Shown here piece after piece: positions 36,672 to 45,644 of a stretch of DNA of 64,000 nt. This DNA comes from Myxococcota bacterium (GTDB lineage: Bacteria > Myxococcota_A > UBA9160 > UBA6930): assembly GCA_965223705.1 (NCBI GenBank), contig OZ245015.1:2912001-2976000 (forward strand). Direction: 5' to 3'. A program made the position numbers and the translations under genes. Each line of letters opens with the position of its first letter. Within the stretch, counting starts at the first letter, position 1. The notes beneath the pieces are model-generated. The model was not told where the DNA came from, made no database searches, and saw only the letters and a program-made list of their open reading frames with translations.

Positions 36672-37528
36672 AAGAGCGTGGTGTCGGCCGGTTCGTCGAT
36701 GACCGGATTCTCGAGTGCGCCGAGCTTCTCGATCTCGATCCGGACCGTGTCTCCGGGAACCAGCCATTTCGGCGGATCGAACCCGAGCGCCACACCACTC
36801 GGTGTACCCGTGGAAATGATGTCACCGGGCTCGAGCGTACACACCGTAGAGATCAACGCGACGAGGTTGTAGCAGCCGAAGATCAGGTGCTTGGTGTTCG
36901 AGTCTTGACGCAACTCGCCGTTCACAAAGGTCCGCAGTCCCAGCGTGTGAGGATCGCCGACTTCGTCGCCGGTGGTGAGCCACGGACCGTGTGGACCATG
37001 GGTATCCCATCCCTTCCCCAGCACAAACGTCTTCGCTCTCATCTGCCAATCGCGAACGCTGACGTCGTTGACCACGCAGTAGCCGGCGATGACTTCCGCC
37101 GCCCGCTCCTCAGGAACGTGCCGACAGCGACGACCGATCACCAGGCCGAGCTCGCCTTCATAGTCGAGCTGCTCGGAAGCGCGCGGCCGATGAATGGGGT
37201 CCCCCGGGTTCGCGACGCAACTCGACTGCTTGTTGAAGAACATCGGAGAGCTGGGCTTCTCCATTCCGGTCTCTTCGATATGGTCGCTGTAGTTGAGCCC
37301 GATACCGAAGAACTTCTGCGGCGCCGGAATCGGCGCGCGTAGCGTCACGGATGAAAGATCGTGCGCAGTGCCCGTCGCCGTGGCTGCCTTTGCGAGGGCA
37401 TCGGAGCCGGCCGCAAGGAGTTGCTGCACGTTTCCAGGCAAGCCCGCGTCGGTCAGGTCGACCACCTGATCACCTTCGATTCTTCCCGCACGGGACGTCC
37501 CGCCATGGCTGAAAGTCGCGAGTCGCAT
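36668..37528 (-). CDS. fumarylacetoacetate hydrolase family protein
   Basis: GIGLNY, LDYEGEL, NDVSVRDWQ, GKGWDT, LEPGDIISTGTPSGV. Confidence 0.92.
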   Translation of the reverse strand: MRLATFSHGGTSRAGRIEGDQVVDLTDAGLPGNVQQLLAAGSDALAKAATATGTAHDLSSVTLRAPIPAPQKFFGIGLNYSDHIEETGMEKPSSPMFFNKQSSCVANPGDPIHRPRASEQLDYEGELGLVIGRRCRHVPEERAAEVIAGYCVVNDVSVRDWQMRAKTFVLGKGWDTHGPHGPWLTTGDEVGDPHTLGLRTFVNGELRQDSNTKHLIFGCYNLVALISTVCTLEPGDIISTGTPSGVALGFDPPKWLVPGDTVRIEIEKLGALENPVIDEPADTTLL

Positions 37529-37623
37529 GCAGTCTCCTTCAGGTTGAGTTCCGTCTGTGCGGAGCGGCGGCGCAGTGTCGCCCATCCTGTGAATCGTGGG
37601 AAGCGGCGGCCAACCCCGAGGGG

Positions 37624-37974
37624 CTATTCATGGCTATGGCTGTGATCGCCGTGCGAAGCCCGCTGTTCCGCCGCGATCGCTTCTTTCACGACGGCGACTT
37701 CCTCCGCCGCGGCCAAGCCCCGCTCAGCCAGCCAAGCTTCGCAGGCGTCGAGCCAGCGCTCGTAGTACGCCGCGGGATCGCGCTCGCTCGCCGGGCCGGC
37801 GGCGTCCGCGAGCTCTGCGGAAAAACGGTCGGCCCATTCTTTCCAAGGGATTCCGTGAGCGTCGCAGAGATGGACGACCAAACCGAAGACCCGGGCCTGC
37901 CAGGGCTCCGAAAACACCGGGCCCTCCTCATCGCGCGGGAGGGTCTCGAGGTCTTGTGCTTCGGGTCGGCTCAT
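37624..37974 (-). CDS. nitrile hydratase accessory/activator protein (P14K/NhlE-like) with His-rich tail
   Basis: PVFSEPWQARVFGLVVHL and YYERWLDACE resemble the NHase-beta N-terminus; ends HGDHSHSHE; GAGGAG RBS. Confidence 0.85.
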   Translation of the reverse strand: MSRPEAQDLETLPRDEEGPVFSEPWQARVFGLVVHLCDAHGIPWKEWADRFSAELADAAGPASERDPAAYYERWLDACEAWLAERGLAAAEEVAVVKEAIAAEQRASHGDHSHSHE

Positions 37975-38039
37975 AGCGGCTCCTCTTCGGGCTGTGGCGT
38001 GGCTTGTGCCGGGCGCTTCCATCATACTGCGCCGCGCCG

Positions 38040-38726
38040 ATGAACGACCGAAGCTCTCCGCAATCCGAACGCCCGCATGCCGTGCTGTTCGATGTCGACG
38101 GGACGCTCCTCGATTCCGTGCCGCTGTTTCTCGAAATGAGCGCGGAGCTCCTTCGAGAGCTTGGCGCGCCGCCGGTCCACGAGGACAGGATTCGGGAGCT
38201 GATGAGCGTCGCGACGCCGGATCTCCTGCTCGAGATTCTCCCCGACGATTTCCCCGACGCGAAGCAACGCGTCGAAGCCCTGATGACAGCGAATATGGAG
38301 CGTTTCATCTCGCGCTATCACCGCGAAGCCGAGCTCCTGCCCGACGCCGTCGAAACGGTGGAAGCCCTGGCCGCCGAGGGGTTCTCCCTCGGGCTGGTGA
38401 CGTCGTCGGGACGCGCCGTGCCGTTCCTCGACCGCTGTGAGATGCGCCACCGATTTCTGGCGATCGTCGGGCGCGAGGACGTGCTGCGTCATAAACCCCA
38501 TCCGGAGCCTTTGCTCTTGTGTGCCGAACGCATGACGCTCGAACCGCGCCGCTGCATCTACGTGGGCGACTCACTGGTGGATATTCGCGCGGCGCGAGCG
38601 GCCGGCATGTCGGCGGCGGCGATCCCGACCGGAACTGCCACGCGCGAGCAGCTCAGTGCCGAAGGCCCCGACATCCTGCTGGGCCGGCTGTCCGAGCTGC
38701 CCACCCTGCTCGGCTCGGCTCCCTAA
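38040..38726 (+). CDS. HAD-superfamily hydrolase (phosphoglycolate phosphatase-like)
   Basis: FDVDGTLLDS, VTS, KPHPEP, YVGDSLVDI. Confidence 0.9.
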   Translation: MNDRSSPQSERPHAVLFDVDGTLLDSVPLFLEMSAELLRELGAPPVHEDRIRELMSVATPDLLLEILPDDFPDAKQRVEALMTANMERFISRYHREAELLPDAVETVEALAAEGFSLGLVTSSGRAVPFLDRCEMRHRFLAIVGREDVLRHKPHPEPLLLCAERMTLEPRRCIYVGDSLVDIRAARAAGMSAAAIPTGTATREQLSAEGPDILLGRLSELPTLLGSAP

Positions 38727-39949
38727 CGGTCGCCGCTGTGCAGCACACCGTCGCGCTCGAGGGAACGCACGCGATCGACGGGGAGTTGAAGCACGCTGGT
38801 CAGGACTTCCTCATTGTGCTGCCCGAGGAGCGGCGCTTCGAGATTCGGCAGCTTCGGGTGCTCGGAAAACTTGAACGGGAACCCGGGGATGGTGACCTCG
38901 CCGAAGACGGCGTCCGGAACCTTGCGGATCATCTCGCGCCCTTCGAAGTATGGGTGACCGAGGGCGTCGGTCGGTGAAAGCACGGGCGCGCACGGCACCC
39001 GGTGCTCTTCCAAGCGCGCGAGCACCGCTTCGTCGCTCCTCAAGGAGGCCATCCACGCTTCGATGATCGGGATCAATTCTCCTTGATGGCGCCCCCGTGC
39101 TTCTTGCTCCGCGAACCGCGGATCTTCGAAGAGGTCGGGACGCTCCATCGCGTCGCACACGTTCTTCCATTGGCGTTGTAGCGCCAAGATCACGATGTAC
39201 CCGTCGGGGCTCTTGAACGCGCCGACGGGGCAGATCAGCGGATGATGAGAGCCCGCGCGCACGGCTTCGAGCGCGCCGTCCGTCAGATCGTGACCTTGAA
39301 TCGAGATCTCGTGCATATGGTAGAGGGCGTCGATCATCGAAAGATCGATGTATTGCCCGCGACCGGTTTGGCCGCGCGCGAACAATGCGTATCCGATCGC
39401 CGCAAACGCGTGAACGCCGGCCGTCTGGTCGGCGATCCCGTAGCCCACTTGATAAGGCGGGCCGTCGGGATCTCCGGTCATGTGCATCATTCCGGAAAAC
39501 GCCTGGGCGATGAAGTCGTAGCCCGTCTTGTGTTTGTAGGGTCCGCTGCGGCCGAACGCCGAAATCGAGGCCATCACGATCTTCGGGTTGGCGGCGTGCA
39601 CCGCTTCCCAACTGAGTCCTCGTTTTTCCATCACGCCGAGGCCGTAGTTTTCGATGATGACGTCGAGCTCGGGGAGCAACGCGTGGAGGATCTCGACGGC
39701 TTCGTCGCGCTTGAGATCCATACACAGGCTCTTTTTCCCGCGGTTTTGCTGAACGAAGTAGCCGCTGCGGCGATCCTTGACGATCGGGAGCGTCCGCGCC
39801 GGGTCGCCGTCCGGCGCGTGCTCCACCTTGATCACGTCGGCGCCCATTTCCGCCATCAGGCGCGTCGTCGTCGGACCTGCCAGGTATTGCGTGAAGTCGA
39901 GGACACGCACGCCCGAGAGAATCCCCGGTTGATCTTCGCTTTCTGCCAT
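38723..39949 (-). CDS. class III (CaiB/BaiF) CoA-transferase
   Basis: VLDFTQYLAGP, GADVIKVE, NRGKKS, GYDFIAQA, IADQTAG (catalytic Asp), PLLGQHN. Confidence 0.92.
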   Translation of the reverse strand: MAESEDQPGILSGVRVLDFTQYLAGPTTTRLMAEMGADVIKVEHAPDGDPARTLPIVKDRRSGYFVQQNRGKKSLCMDLKRDEAVEILHALLPELDVIIENYGLGVMEKRGLSWEAVHAANPKIVMASISAFGRSGPYKHKTGYDFIAQAFSGMMHMTGDPDGPPYQVGYGIADQTAGVHAFAAIGYALFARGQTGRGQYIDLSMIDALYHMHEISIQGHDLTDGALEAVRAGSHHPLICPVGAFKSPDGYIVILALQRQWKNVCDAMERPDLFEDPRFAEQEARGRHQGELIPIIEAWMASLRSDEAVLARLEEHRVPCAPVLSPTDALGHPYFEGREMIRKVPDAVFGEVTIPGFPFKFSEHPKLPNLEAPLLGQHNEEVLTSVLQLPVDRVRSLERDGVLHSGDR

Positions 39950-39968
39950 GGACCGAGCGCCTAAGCCG

Positions 39969-40628
39969 TCAAACCGCTTCGAGATGGTCGTCCCACAAAT
40001 CGGCGACCACACAGTCCGCGGCGTGTCCCGCCGTACCGAACAGATCCTGCGCCGTGAAGCGGACGGCGTAGACGTGCTGTGGACACGCTCCGTCGCCCCG
40101 CGCGTGGCTGTCGGCAAAAATGAAGACGCCGTGGTCCGCGATGACTTCTCCGACCTTGCCGCGCGCGTAGCGCGGCAGCCGGGTGTGACCCGGCGCGTGG
40201 TCATTTTTCGCGCGGACGCGCTGGCCGACTCGGAAGCGCGGCGCGACGTCGGCGTCGATCTTCGTCGACGCGCCCGCCACCGACAAGCCGAGCGCCGCTT
40301 CCCGGGGCAAGGCGGGTTCCGCGACGGGAGCGCCCGGTGTCGGCGTACCCGACGCGAGCTCTTCAGCGGTCAAGACACCTTTCTCGACGAGCAGCGTCTC
40401 GAAGGCGTGCAGCCAGTGCTCGTAGTAGGACGTCGTCAAGTAGGCCGCGCCGGGCATCCGTTCGATGGCGTGCCGCATTTCGTCGAGGTTCCAGGCGCGA
40501 AGGGCAACCGTGGTGGGAAACAGTCCGAAGACGCGTTTCTCCCAGTCGGCGTGAAAAACGGGCTCGTCCTCTTCTCGCTCGATCGGACCTTGCCAGTCGA
40601 CGCCGCCCAAGTCGTGCAGACTGTTCAT
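39969..40628 (-). CDS. nthB: nitrile hydratase beta subunit
   Basis: [49 protein letters not shown]. Confidence 0.95.
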   Translation of the reverse strand: MNSLHDLGGVDWQGPIEREEDEPVFHADWEKRVFGLFPTTVALRAWNLDEMRHAIERMPGAAYLTTSYYEHWLHAFETLLVEKGVLTAEELASGTPTPGAPVAEPALPREAALGLSVAGASTKIDADVAPRFRVGQRVRAKNDHAPGHTRLPRYARGKVGEVIADHGVFIFADSHARGDGACPQHVYAVRFTAQDLFGTAGHAADCVVADLWDDHLEAV

Positions 40629-41227
40629 GAACTCGGTGCCAGGGCAGAGGTCACGCCGATCATCGAGTCGCGGGTGACGAGCTTTGCGAGGTCGTCTTCC
40701 GACAGGCCCTCGGTTCCGGACGGGCGCTCCGGAAGAACCAGATAACGCACTTCTGCGGTGCTATCCCAAACCCGTACTTCGACGTCGTCGTCGACTTCGG
40801 TGCCGAACTCCGCCAGCACACCCCGAGGATCGCGCACGGCGCGCGCGCGGTAGGCGGGTGCCTTGTACCAGACCGGCGGGAGTCCGAGCACCGGCCAGGG
40901 GTAGCAGCTGCACAGCGTGCACACGATCAGGTTGTGCACCGTGGGCGTGTTTTCGACGACGACCATGTCCTCGCCCTGCATCCCGGCAAAGCCCAGCTCG
41001 GCAATGGCCTCGGTGCCGTTCTCGAGGAGCCTCGCCTTGTACGCGGGGTCGGTCCACGCCCGTGCGACCACCCGCGCGCCGTTCTGGGGGCCGACCTTGT
41101 TCTCGTAGCGGTCGACCAGTGCGTCGATGGCCGTCGGGTCGACCAAGCCCTTGTCCACCAGGACTTTTTCGAGGGCCTTCACGCGCAGAACAATTTCGGA
41201 ATCGGGTTGGCGGTGACGCGAGCTCAT
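40625..41227 (-). CDS. nthA: cobalt-type nitrile hydratase alpha subunit
   Basis: [21 protein letters not shown] metal-binding motif (Thr and Tyr positions indicate Co-type); [26 protein letters not shown]. Confidence 0.95.
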   Translation of the reverse strand: MSSRHRQPDSEIVLRVKALEKVLVDKGLVDPTAIDALVDRYENKVGPQNGARVVARAWTDPAYKARLLENGTEAIAELGFAGMQGEDMVVVENTPTVHNLIVCTLCSCYPWPVLGLPPVWYKAPAYRARAVRDPRGVLAEFGTEVDDDVEVRVWDSTAEVRYLVLPERPSGTEGLSEDDLAKLVTRDSMIGVTSALAPSS

Positions 41228-41351
41228 GATCATCCCCGGTGCAAGTTGCTTCAATGCTAGGCTGCGAATCGCAACGGGCCAAGAGCGAGCGGCCGGTGGG
41301 TCGAACGCCTCGGGCCCGGGATGCGCGGCGACCGCCGCGCCGGGAGGCCCC

Positions 41352-42866
41352 ATGCCGGTACGACGTCCGACCCACGAACAGATGCGAGAACTGGCCGAGC
41401 GCCTGTACCTCAATGCGTCCGATGACGATCTTCGGTCGTTCCGAGGGTTGATGGAGGGGACCCTCCGCGCCCTCGACGGGATCGAGTCCATGCCCGAGGA
41501 CCTCCCCGAGACGCGCTACCCGCGGACTCCCGGGCACGTACCCACGGCGGAGGAAAACCCGCTGAACGCCTGGTACGTCAAAAGTGAGGTCAAGGGGGCT
41601 TCGAGTGGACCTCTGGCCGGGCGCACGGTCGCGCTGAAAGACAACGTCTGTCTCGCTGGCGTCCCCATGATGAACGGAGCATCGACTCTTGAGGGCTACA
41701 TCCCGGAGATCGATGCCACGGTCGTCACGCGACTCCTCGACGCCGGGGCCACGATTGTGGGGAAAGCGCATTGCGAATACTTCTGCCTTTCCGGAGGCAG
41801 TCACACCAACGCGACGGGCCCGGTCCACAACCCACACCGCCACGGTTACAGCGCCGGCGGGTCTTCGTCGGGCAGTGCAGCACTCGTGGCCGCCGGAGAG
41901 GTCGACCTGGCGATTGGCGGTGACCAAGGCGGCTCCATCCGCATCCCGGCGTCGTACTGCGGCGTCTACGGAATGAAGCCCACCCACGGCCTCGTGCCCT
42001 ACACCGGGATCATGCCGATCGAGAACACCGTCGATCACGCCGGGCCCATCACCGCCAGCGTCGAGGACAACGCGCGCATGCTGGAAGTGATCGCCGGCAC
42101 GGATGGGCTCGATCCTCGACAGATCGGCGTGCAGACGGCGCCTTACACCGAGGCGCTGGGAACCGGCGTCGAGGGCCTGCGCATCGGCGTCGTCGAGGAA
42201 GGCTTCGGGCTCGACGATTCGCTGCCCGGCGTCGACGCGAAGGTGCGCGACGCGGCGTCGCGGCTCCGGGACCTCGGCGCCAAGGTCGAGACGCGATCGA
42301 TCCCCATGCACCGTCAAGGCCCCGCGATCTGGTCCGCCATCGGGCTCGAAGGCCTCACCATGCAGATGATGCACGGAAACGGGTTCGGGATGAATTGGGA
42401 GGGGCTCTACTTGCCTTCGATGATGAAGGCGCACAGTCGCTGGCGCGACCAGGCCGACGACCTCTCCGAAACGCTCAAGCTGTCGATGTATACCGGTGAG
42501 TGGATGAATCAATGCTACGGCGGCGCCTGGTACGGCAAGGGACAGAATCTCGCGCGGCGCTTGCGCGCGAGCTACGACGCGGCGCTCGCGGAGTTCGACG
42601 TCCTCCTGATGCCGACCTTGCCGATGGTCGCCACGGAAATCCCCGCAGCCGATGCCCCTCGAGAAGAAGTGGTCGCCCGAGGCTTCGAAATGATTCCCAA
42701 CACGGCGCCGTTCGACACCACGGGGCACCCGGCGATTTCGATCCCGTGCGGACTGGAAGACGGGCTGCCCGTGGGTCTCATGCTCATCGCGAGGCACTGG
42801 CAAGAGGCGACGCTCTACCGAGCCGCCCACGCGTTCGAGCAAGCGGGGGATTGGAAGACCTTCTAG
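41352..42866 (+). CDS. amidase (amidase-signature family, NHase-associated type)
   Basis: [33 protein letters not shown] before ATG 41352. Confidence 0.95.
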   Translation: MPVRRPTHEQMRELAERLYLNASDDDLRSFRGLMEGTLRALDGIESMPEDLPETRYPRTPGHVPTAEENPLNAWYVKSEVKGASSGPLAGRTVALKDNVCLAGVPMMNGASTLEGYIPEIDATVVTRLLDAGATIVGKAHCEYFCLSGGSHTNATGPVHNPHRHGYSAGGSSSGSAALVAAGEVDLAIGGDQGGSIRIPASYCGVYGMKPTHGLVPYTGIMPIENTVDHAGPITASVEDNARMLEVIAGTDGLDPRQIGVQTAPYTEALGTGVEGLRIGVVEEGFGLDDSLPGVDAKVRDAASRLRDLGAKVETRSIPMHRQGPAIWSAIGLEGLTMQMMHGNGFGMNWEGLYLPSMMKAHSRWRDQADDLSETLKLSMYTGEWMNQCYGGAWYGKGQNLARRLRASYDAALAEFDVLLMPTLPMVATEIPAADAPREEVVARGFEMIPNTAPFDTTGHPAISIPCGLEDGLPVGLMLIARHWQEATLYRAAHAFEQAGDWKTF

Positions 42867-42869
42867 GCG

Positions 42870-43895
42870 CTAGAAGTTCGGCATCACTTCTTTCGCGAAG
42901 AGTTCGACCGAGCGCATGGCCTGCTCGCCCGGAAGGCCGGGCATGTGCATCCAGCAGACGATCTCCGTCGCGCCGATGGCCTCGTAACGTTTGAGTTCCG
43001 CGGTGACGTAGTCGGGATCGCCAATGATGTAGCGATCCTTGAAGTTCTCGAACCCGACCTGGTCGGAATCTGTGATCGCGCTGCCGTCATCGGAGCGCAA
43101 GACCCGGTCGCCCGCAGCGGACGCCGCGCCGTAGAGCTCGCGAAACAAGTAGTTCACCGCCGGCGCGGCGGTCTCCTCCGCGAGATCCATCCGATCGGCG
43201 ACGAAGACCTGCCGAATGACCGGGCGCTCGGTGACCTCGTAGCCGACTTTCTTCGCCTCGTCGTCGTAGGGTGCGTAGTGCTCTTTCAGTTCCGCGACGC
43301 CGTGGCGCGGCGACATGATCTGCACACAATGACGGCGAGCCGCTCGCCGCAAAGCACTCGGAGCCGAGACGCCGTACCAGATCGGTGGGTGGGGCTTCTG
43401 CATGGGCTTCGGCGTGAGCTGGGTCTCCGGCACGCGGTAATACTGGCCCTCGAACGAGAACCGATCCTCCGTCCATGCGCGGATCATCAGATCGAGAGCT
43501 TCTTCGAAACGCCCGGTCCGCTCCTCGCGCGGAATTCCGTGCGCTTCGAACTCCTTCGTCACGTAGCCCGGCGCGACGCCGAACACGAACCGCCCTTGAG
43601 AGAGGTTGTCGAGTACCGCGACGTCCTCGGCCAGCTTGAGCGGTGCGTAGAGCGGCACTAAGAGAACGCCGGTGCCGATTCTCATGCGCTTCGTCACGGA
43701 CGCCATCCCGGCGCACGCGATCAGCGGGCCTGGGCACAACCCGTCTTTCTGTGCGTGGTGCGAGACCTGGAACGCGGATTCAAACCCCAGGTCCTCGGCC
43801 ACGGGGAGGCACGTGAGCATGTCGCGGTAGGGCTCGTTCCACGCGATCCCCGAATCGGCGGGGGTCTGGAACGCGAACAGCAGGCCGAATTTCAT
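42870..43895 (-). CDS. LLM flavin-dependent oxidoreductase
   Basis: IGTGVLLVPLYAPLKLAEDVAVLDNLSQGR, TPKPMQKPHPPIW, LFAKEVMP. Confidence 0.88.
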   Translation of the reverse strand: MKFGLLFAFQTPADSGIAWNEPYRDMLTCLPVAEDLGFESAFQVSHHAQKDGLCPGPLIACAGMASVTKRMRIGTGVLLVPLYAPLKLAEDVAVLDNLSQGRFVFGVAPGYVTKEFEAHGIPREERTGRFEEALDLMIRAWTEDRFSFEGQYYRVPETQLTPKPMQKPHPPIWYGVSAPSALRRAARRHCVQIMSPRHGVAELKEHYAPYDDEAKKVGYEVTERPVIRQVFVADRMDLAEETAAPAVNYLFRELYGAASAAGDRVLRSDDGSAITDSDQVGFENFKDRYIIGDPDYVTAELKRYEAIGATEIVCWMHMPGLPGEQAMRSVELFAKEVMPNF

Positions 43896-43905
43896 GCCGT
43901 GTCTC

Positions 43906-44676
43906 CTACGCCGTGGCGGGCTTCACGTCGCACTCGAGCTTTTTGAGTGTCTCGCGAATCGCGGTGGCAACCTCGACGCAGTTCGGTCCGTCGCCGTGGA
44001 TGCAGAGACTCTCCGCATCGAGCTCGATCTGGGTTCCGTCGATGGCCTCGACCACGCCTTTCGTCACGTAGCGCTCGACCTGTGCGCACGCCGCCGCGAC
44101 ATCGGTCTCGTGCTTCGCGCGCTGCAGGATGAGCGACCCGTCCGGCGCGTACTCGAGATCGGGATAGATCTCGCCCACCACGCGAACGCCTTTCCTCTTG
44201 CACGCCGCGGGGAGCGCCGCGTCCGTCGGCGCGGGCCAATACAAGACCGGGTCCGACGTGAGCGCGGCAACGGCTTCCGCGACGGCGGTGGCCAGCTCCT
44301 CTTCGGTTCGGAGGATCGAATAGAAGGCACCGTGGGGTTTGATGTGGTGCAGTTCGAGGCCGTGGAGGGTCAACGCGCCTTGCAGCGCCCCCGACTGATA
44401 GACGACGTAGGCATGCGCGTCTTCCGGCGTGATGTTCATCGCCCGGCGGCCGAACCCGAGGAGATCCGGCAGCCCTGGATGGGAGCCGACGACCACGCCG
44501 TGCGCTTTCGCGTCCCGCACGGTGTCGAGCATCGTCACCGGATCGCTCGCGTGAAAGCCACAAGCCACATTAGCGGTCGTGATGTGGGGCAGCATCCCGC
44601 TGTCGTTCCCCATCACCCAGTTGCCGAAGCTCTCGCCCATATCGCAGTTGATGTCCATTCGTGTTCGATGTGCCAT
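43906..44676 (-). CDS. pxpA: LamB/YcsF family, 5-oxoprolinase subunit A-like
   Basis: DINCDMGESFG, ANVACGFHASDP, GSHPGLPDLLGFGRR, HIKPHGAFY, SLCIHGD. Confidence 0.9.
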   Translation of the reverse strand: MAHRTRMDINCDMGESFGNWVMGNDSGMLPHITTANVACGFHASDPVTMLDTVRDAKAHGVVVGSHPGLPDLLGFGRRAMNITPEDAHAYVVYQSGALQGALTLHGLELHHIKPHGAFYSILRTEEELATAVAEAVAALTSDPVLYWPAPTDAALPAACKRKGVRVVGEIYPDLEYAPDGSLILQRAKHETDVAAACAQVERYVTKGVVEAIDGTQIELDAESLCIHGDGPNCVEVATAIRETLKKLECDVKPATA

Positions 44677-44789
44677 AAGGTCCTCCCACTGCCCGAGACG
44701 TCTCGCGGCAGAGCCATTCTACCGTGGCCCGGGTGAGCCGGGGGCCGGGTCGTGGTACAACCCGGTTACGCTAGACGCGGAGGAACCCG

Positions 44790-45644
44790 ATGGAGAACTT
44801 GACCGTGCAACCCTTGGCCGAGGGCCTCATTTTCGGAGAGGGCCCGCGCTGGCACGACGGCAAGCTCTGGGTCTCGGATATGCACGCGACCCGGGTGGTC
44901 ACCTGTGACATGCAGGGATCCATCGAAGAAGTGGTCCGGGTGCCAGAGCGCCCCTCGGGTCTCGGATGGCTCCCCGACGGCCGCCTCTTGATCGTCTCGA
45001 TGATGGATTACCGCCTGTGCGTGGTCGAGGGCGGTGAGCTCAGAACCCACGCCGACCTGCGGCCCTACTGCGGAGGCGATCCGAACGACATGGTCGTCGA
45101 CGCACAGGGACGCGCGTACGTGGGGAACTTCGGCTACGACCTCTTGGCCGGCGAAGACCCGAAGCCGGCCGATCTACTGATGGTCGATCTCGACGGCAAG
45201 GTCACCGTTGCCGCGACGGACCTTCAATTCCCGAACGGTACGGTCATCACTCCCGACGGGAGAACTCTCATCGTGGCCGAGACCTTCGCGAGTTGTCTCA
45301 CAGCGTTCGACGTCGACCCGGCGAGCGGCGCGCTCTCGAACCGGCGCGTGTTCGCTTCGCTGCCCGACCGCACGCCGGACGGAATCTGCCTCGACGCCGA
45401 GGGCTGCGTGTGGGCCTCGTGTTTCATGAGCGGTGAGTACCTCCGCGTGCGCGAAGGCGGCGAAATCACGCACCGAATCGATGTCGGCGACGATTGCGGG
45501 GTGGCGTGCATGCTGGGCGGCCCCGACGGCCGGACTTTGTTTACGTTGACGGCAGACACCGACGTCGAGCGCTTGGCAAAAAGCGATTCCCGCTGCCGCA
45601 TTGAAATCTGCACCGCGCCGTCCGAAGCCGCGGGGCTTCCCTAG
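44790..45644 (+). CDS. SMP-30/gluconolactonase family protein
   Basis: FGEGPRW, PNDMVVD, FPNG, PDGICLDAEG. Confidence 0.9.
   Translation: MENLTVQPLAEGLIFGEGPRWHDGKLWVSDMHATRVVTCDMQGSIEEVVRVPERPSGLGWLPDGRLLIVSMMDYRLCVVEGGELRTHADLRPYCGGDPNDMVVDAQGRAYVGNFGYDLLAGEDPKPADLLMVDLDGKVTVAATDLQFPNGTVITPDGRTLIVAETFASCLTAFDVDPASGALSNRRVFASLPDRTPDGICLDAEGCVWASCFMSGEYLRVREGGEITHRIDVGDDCGVACMLGGPDGRTLFTLTADTDVERLAKSDSRCRIEICTAPSEAAGLP

Noticed and set aside
40761..42842. 693-aa ORF antisense to the amidase and overlapping nthA out of frame
   Set aside because: Conflicts with two well-supported genes; composition typical of non-coding frames.
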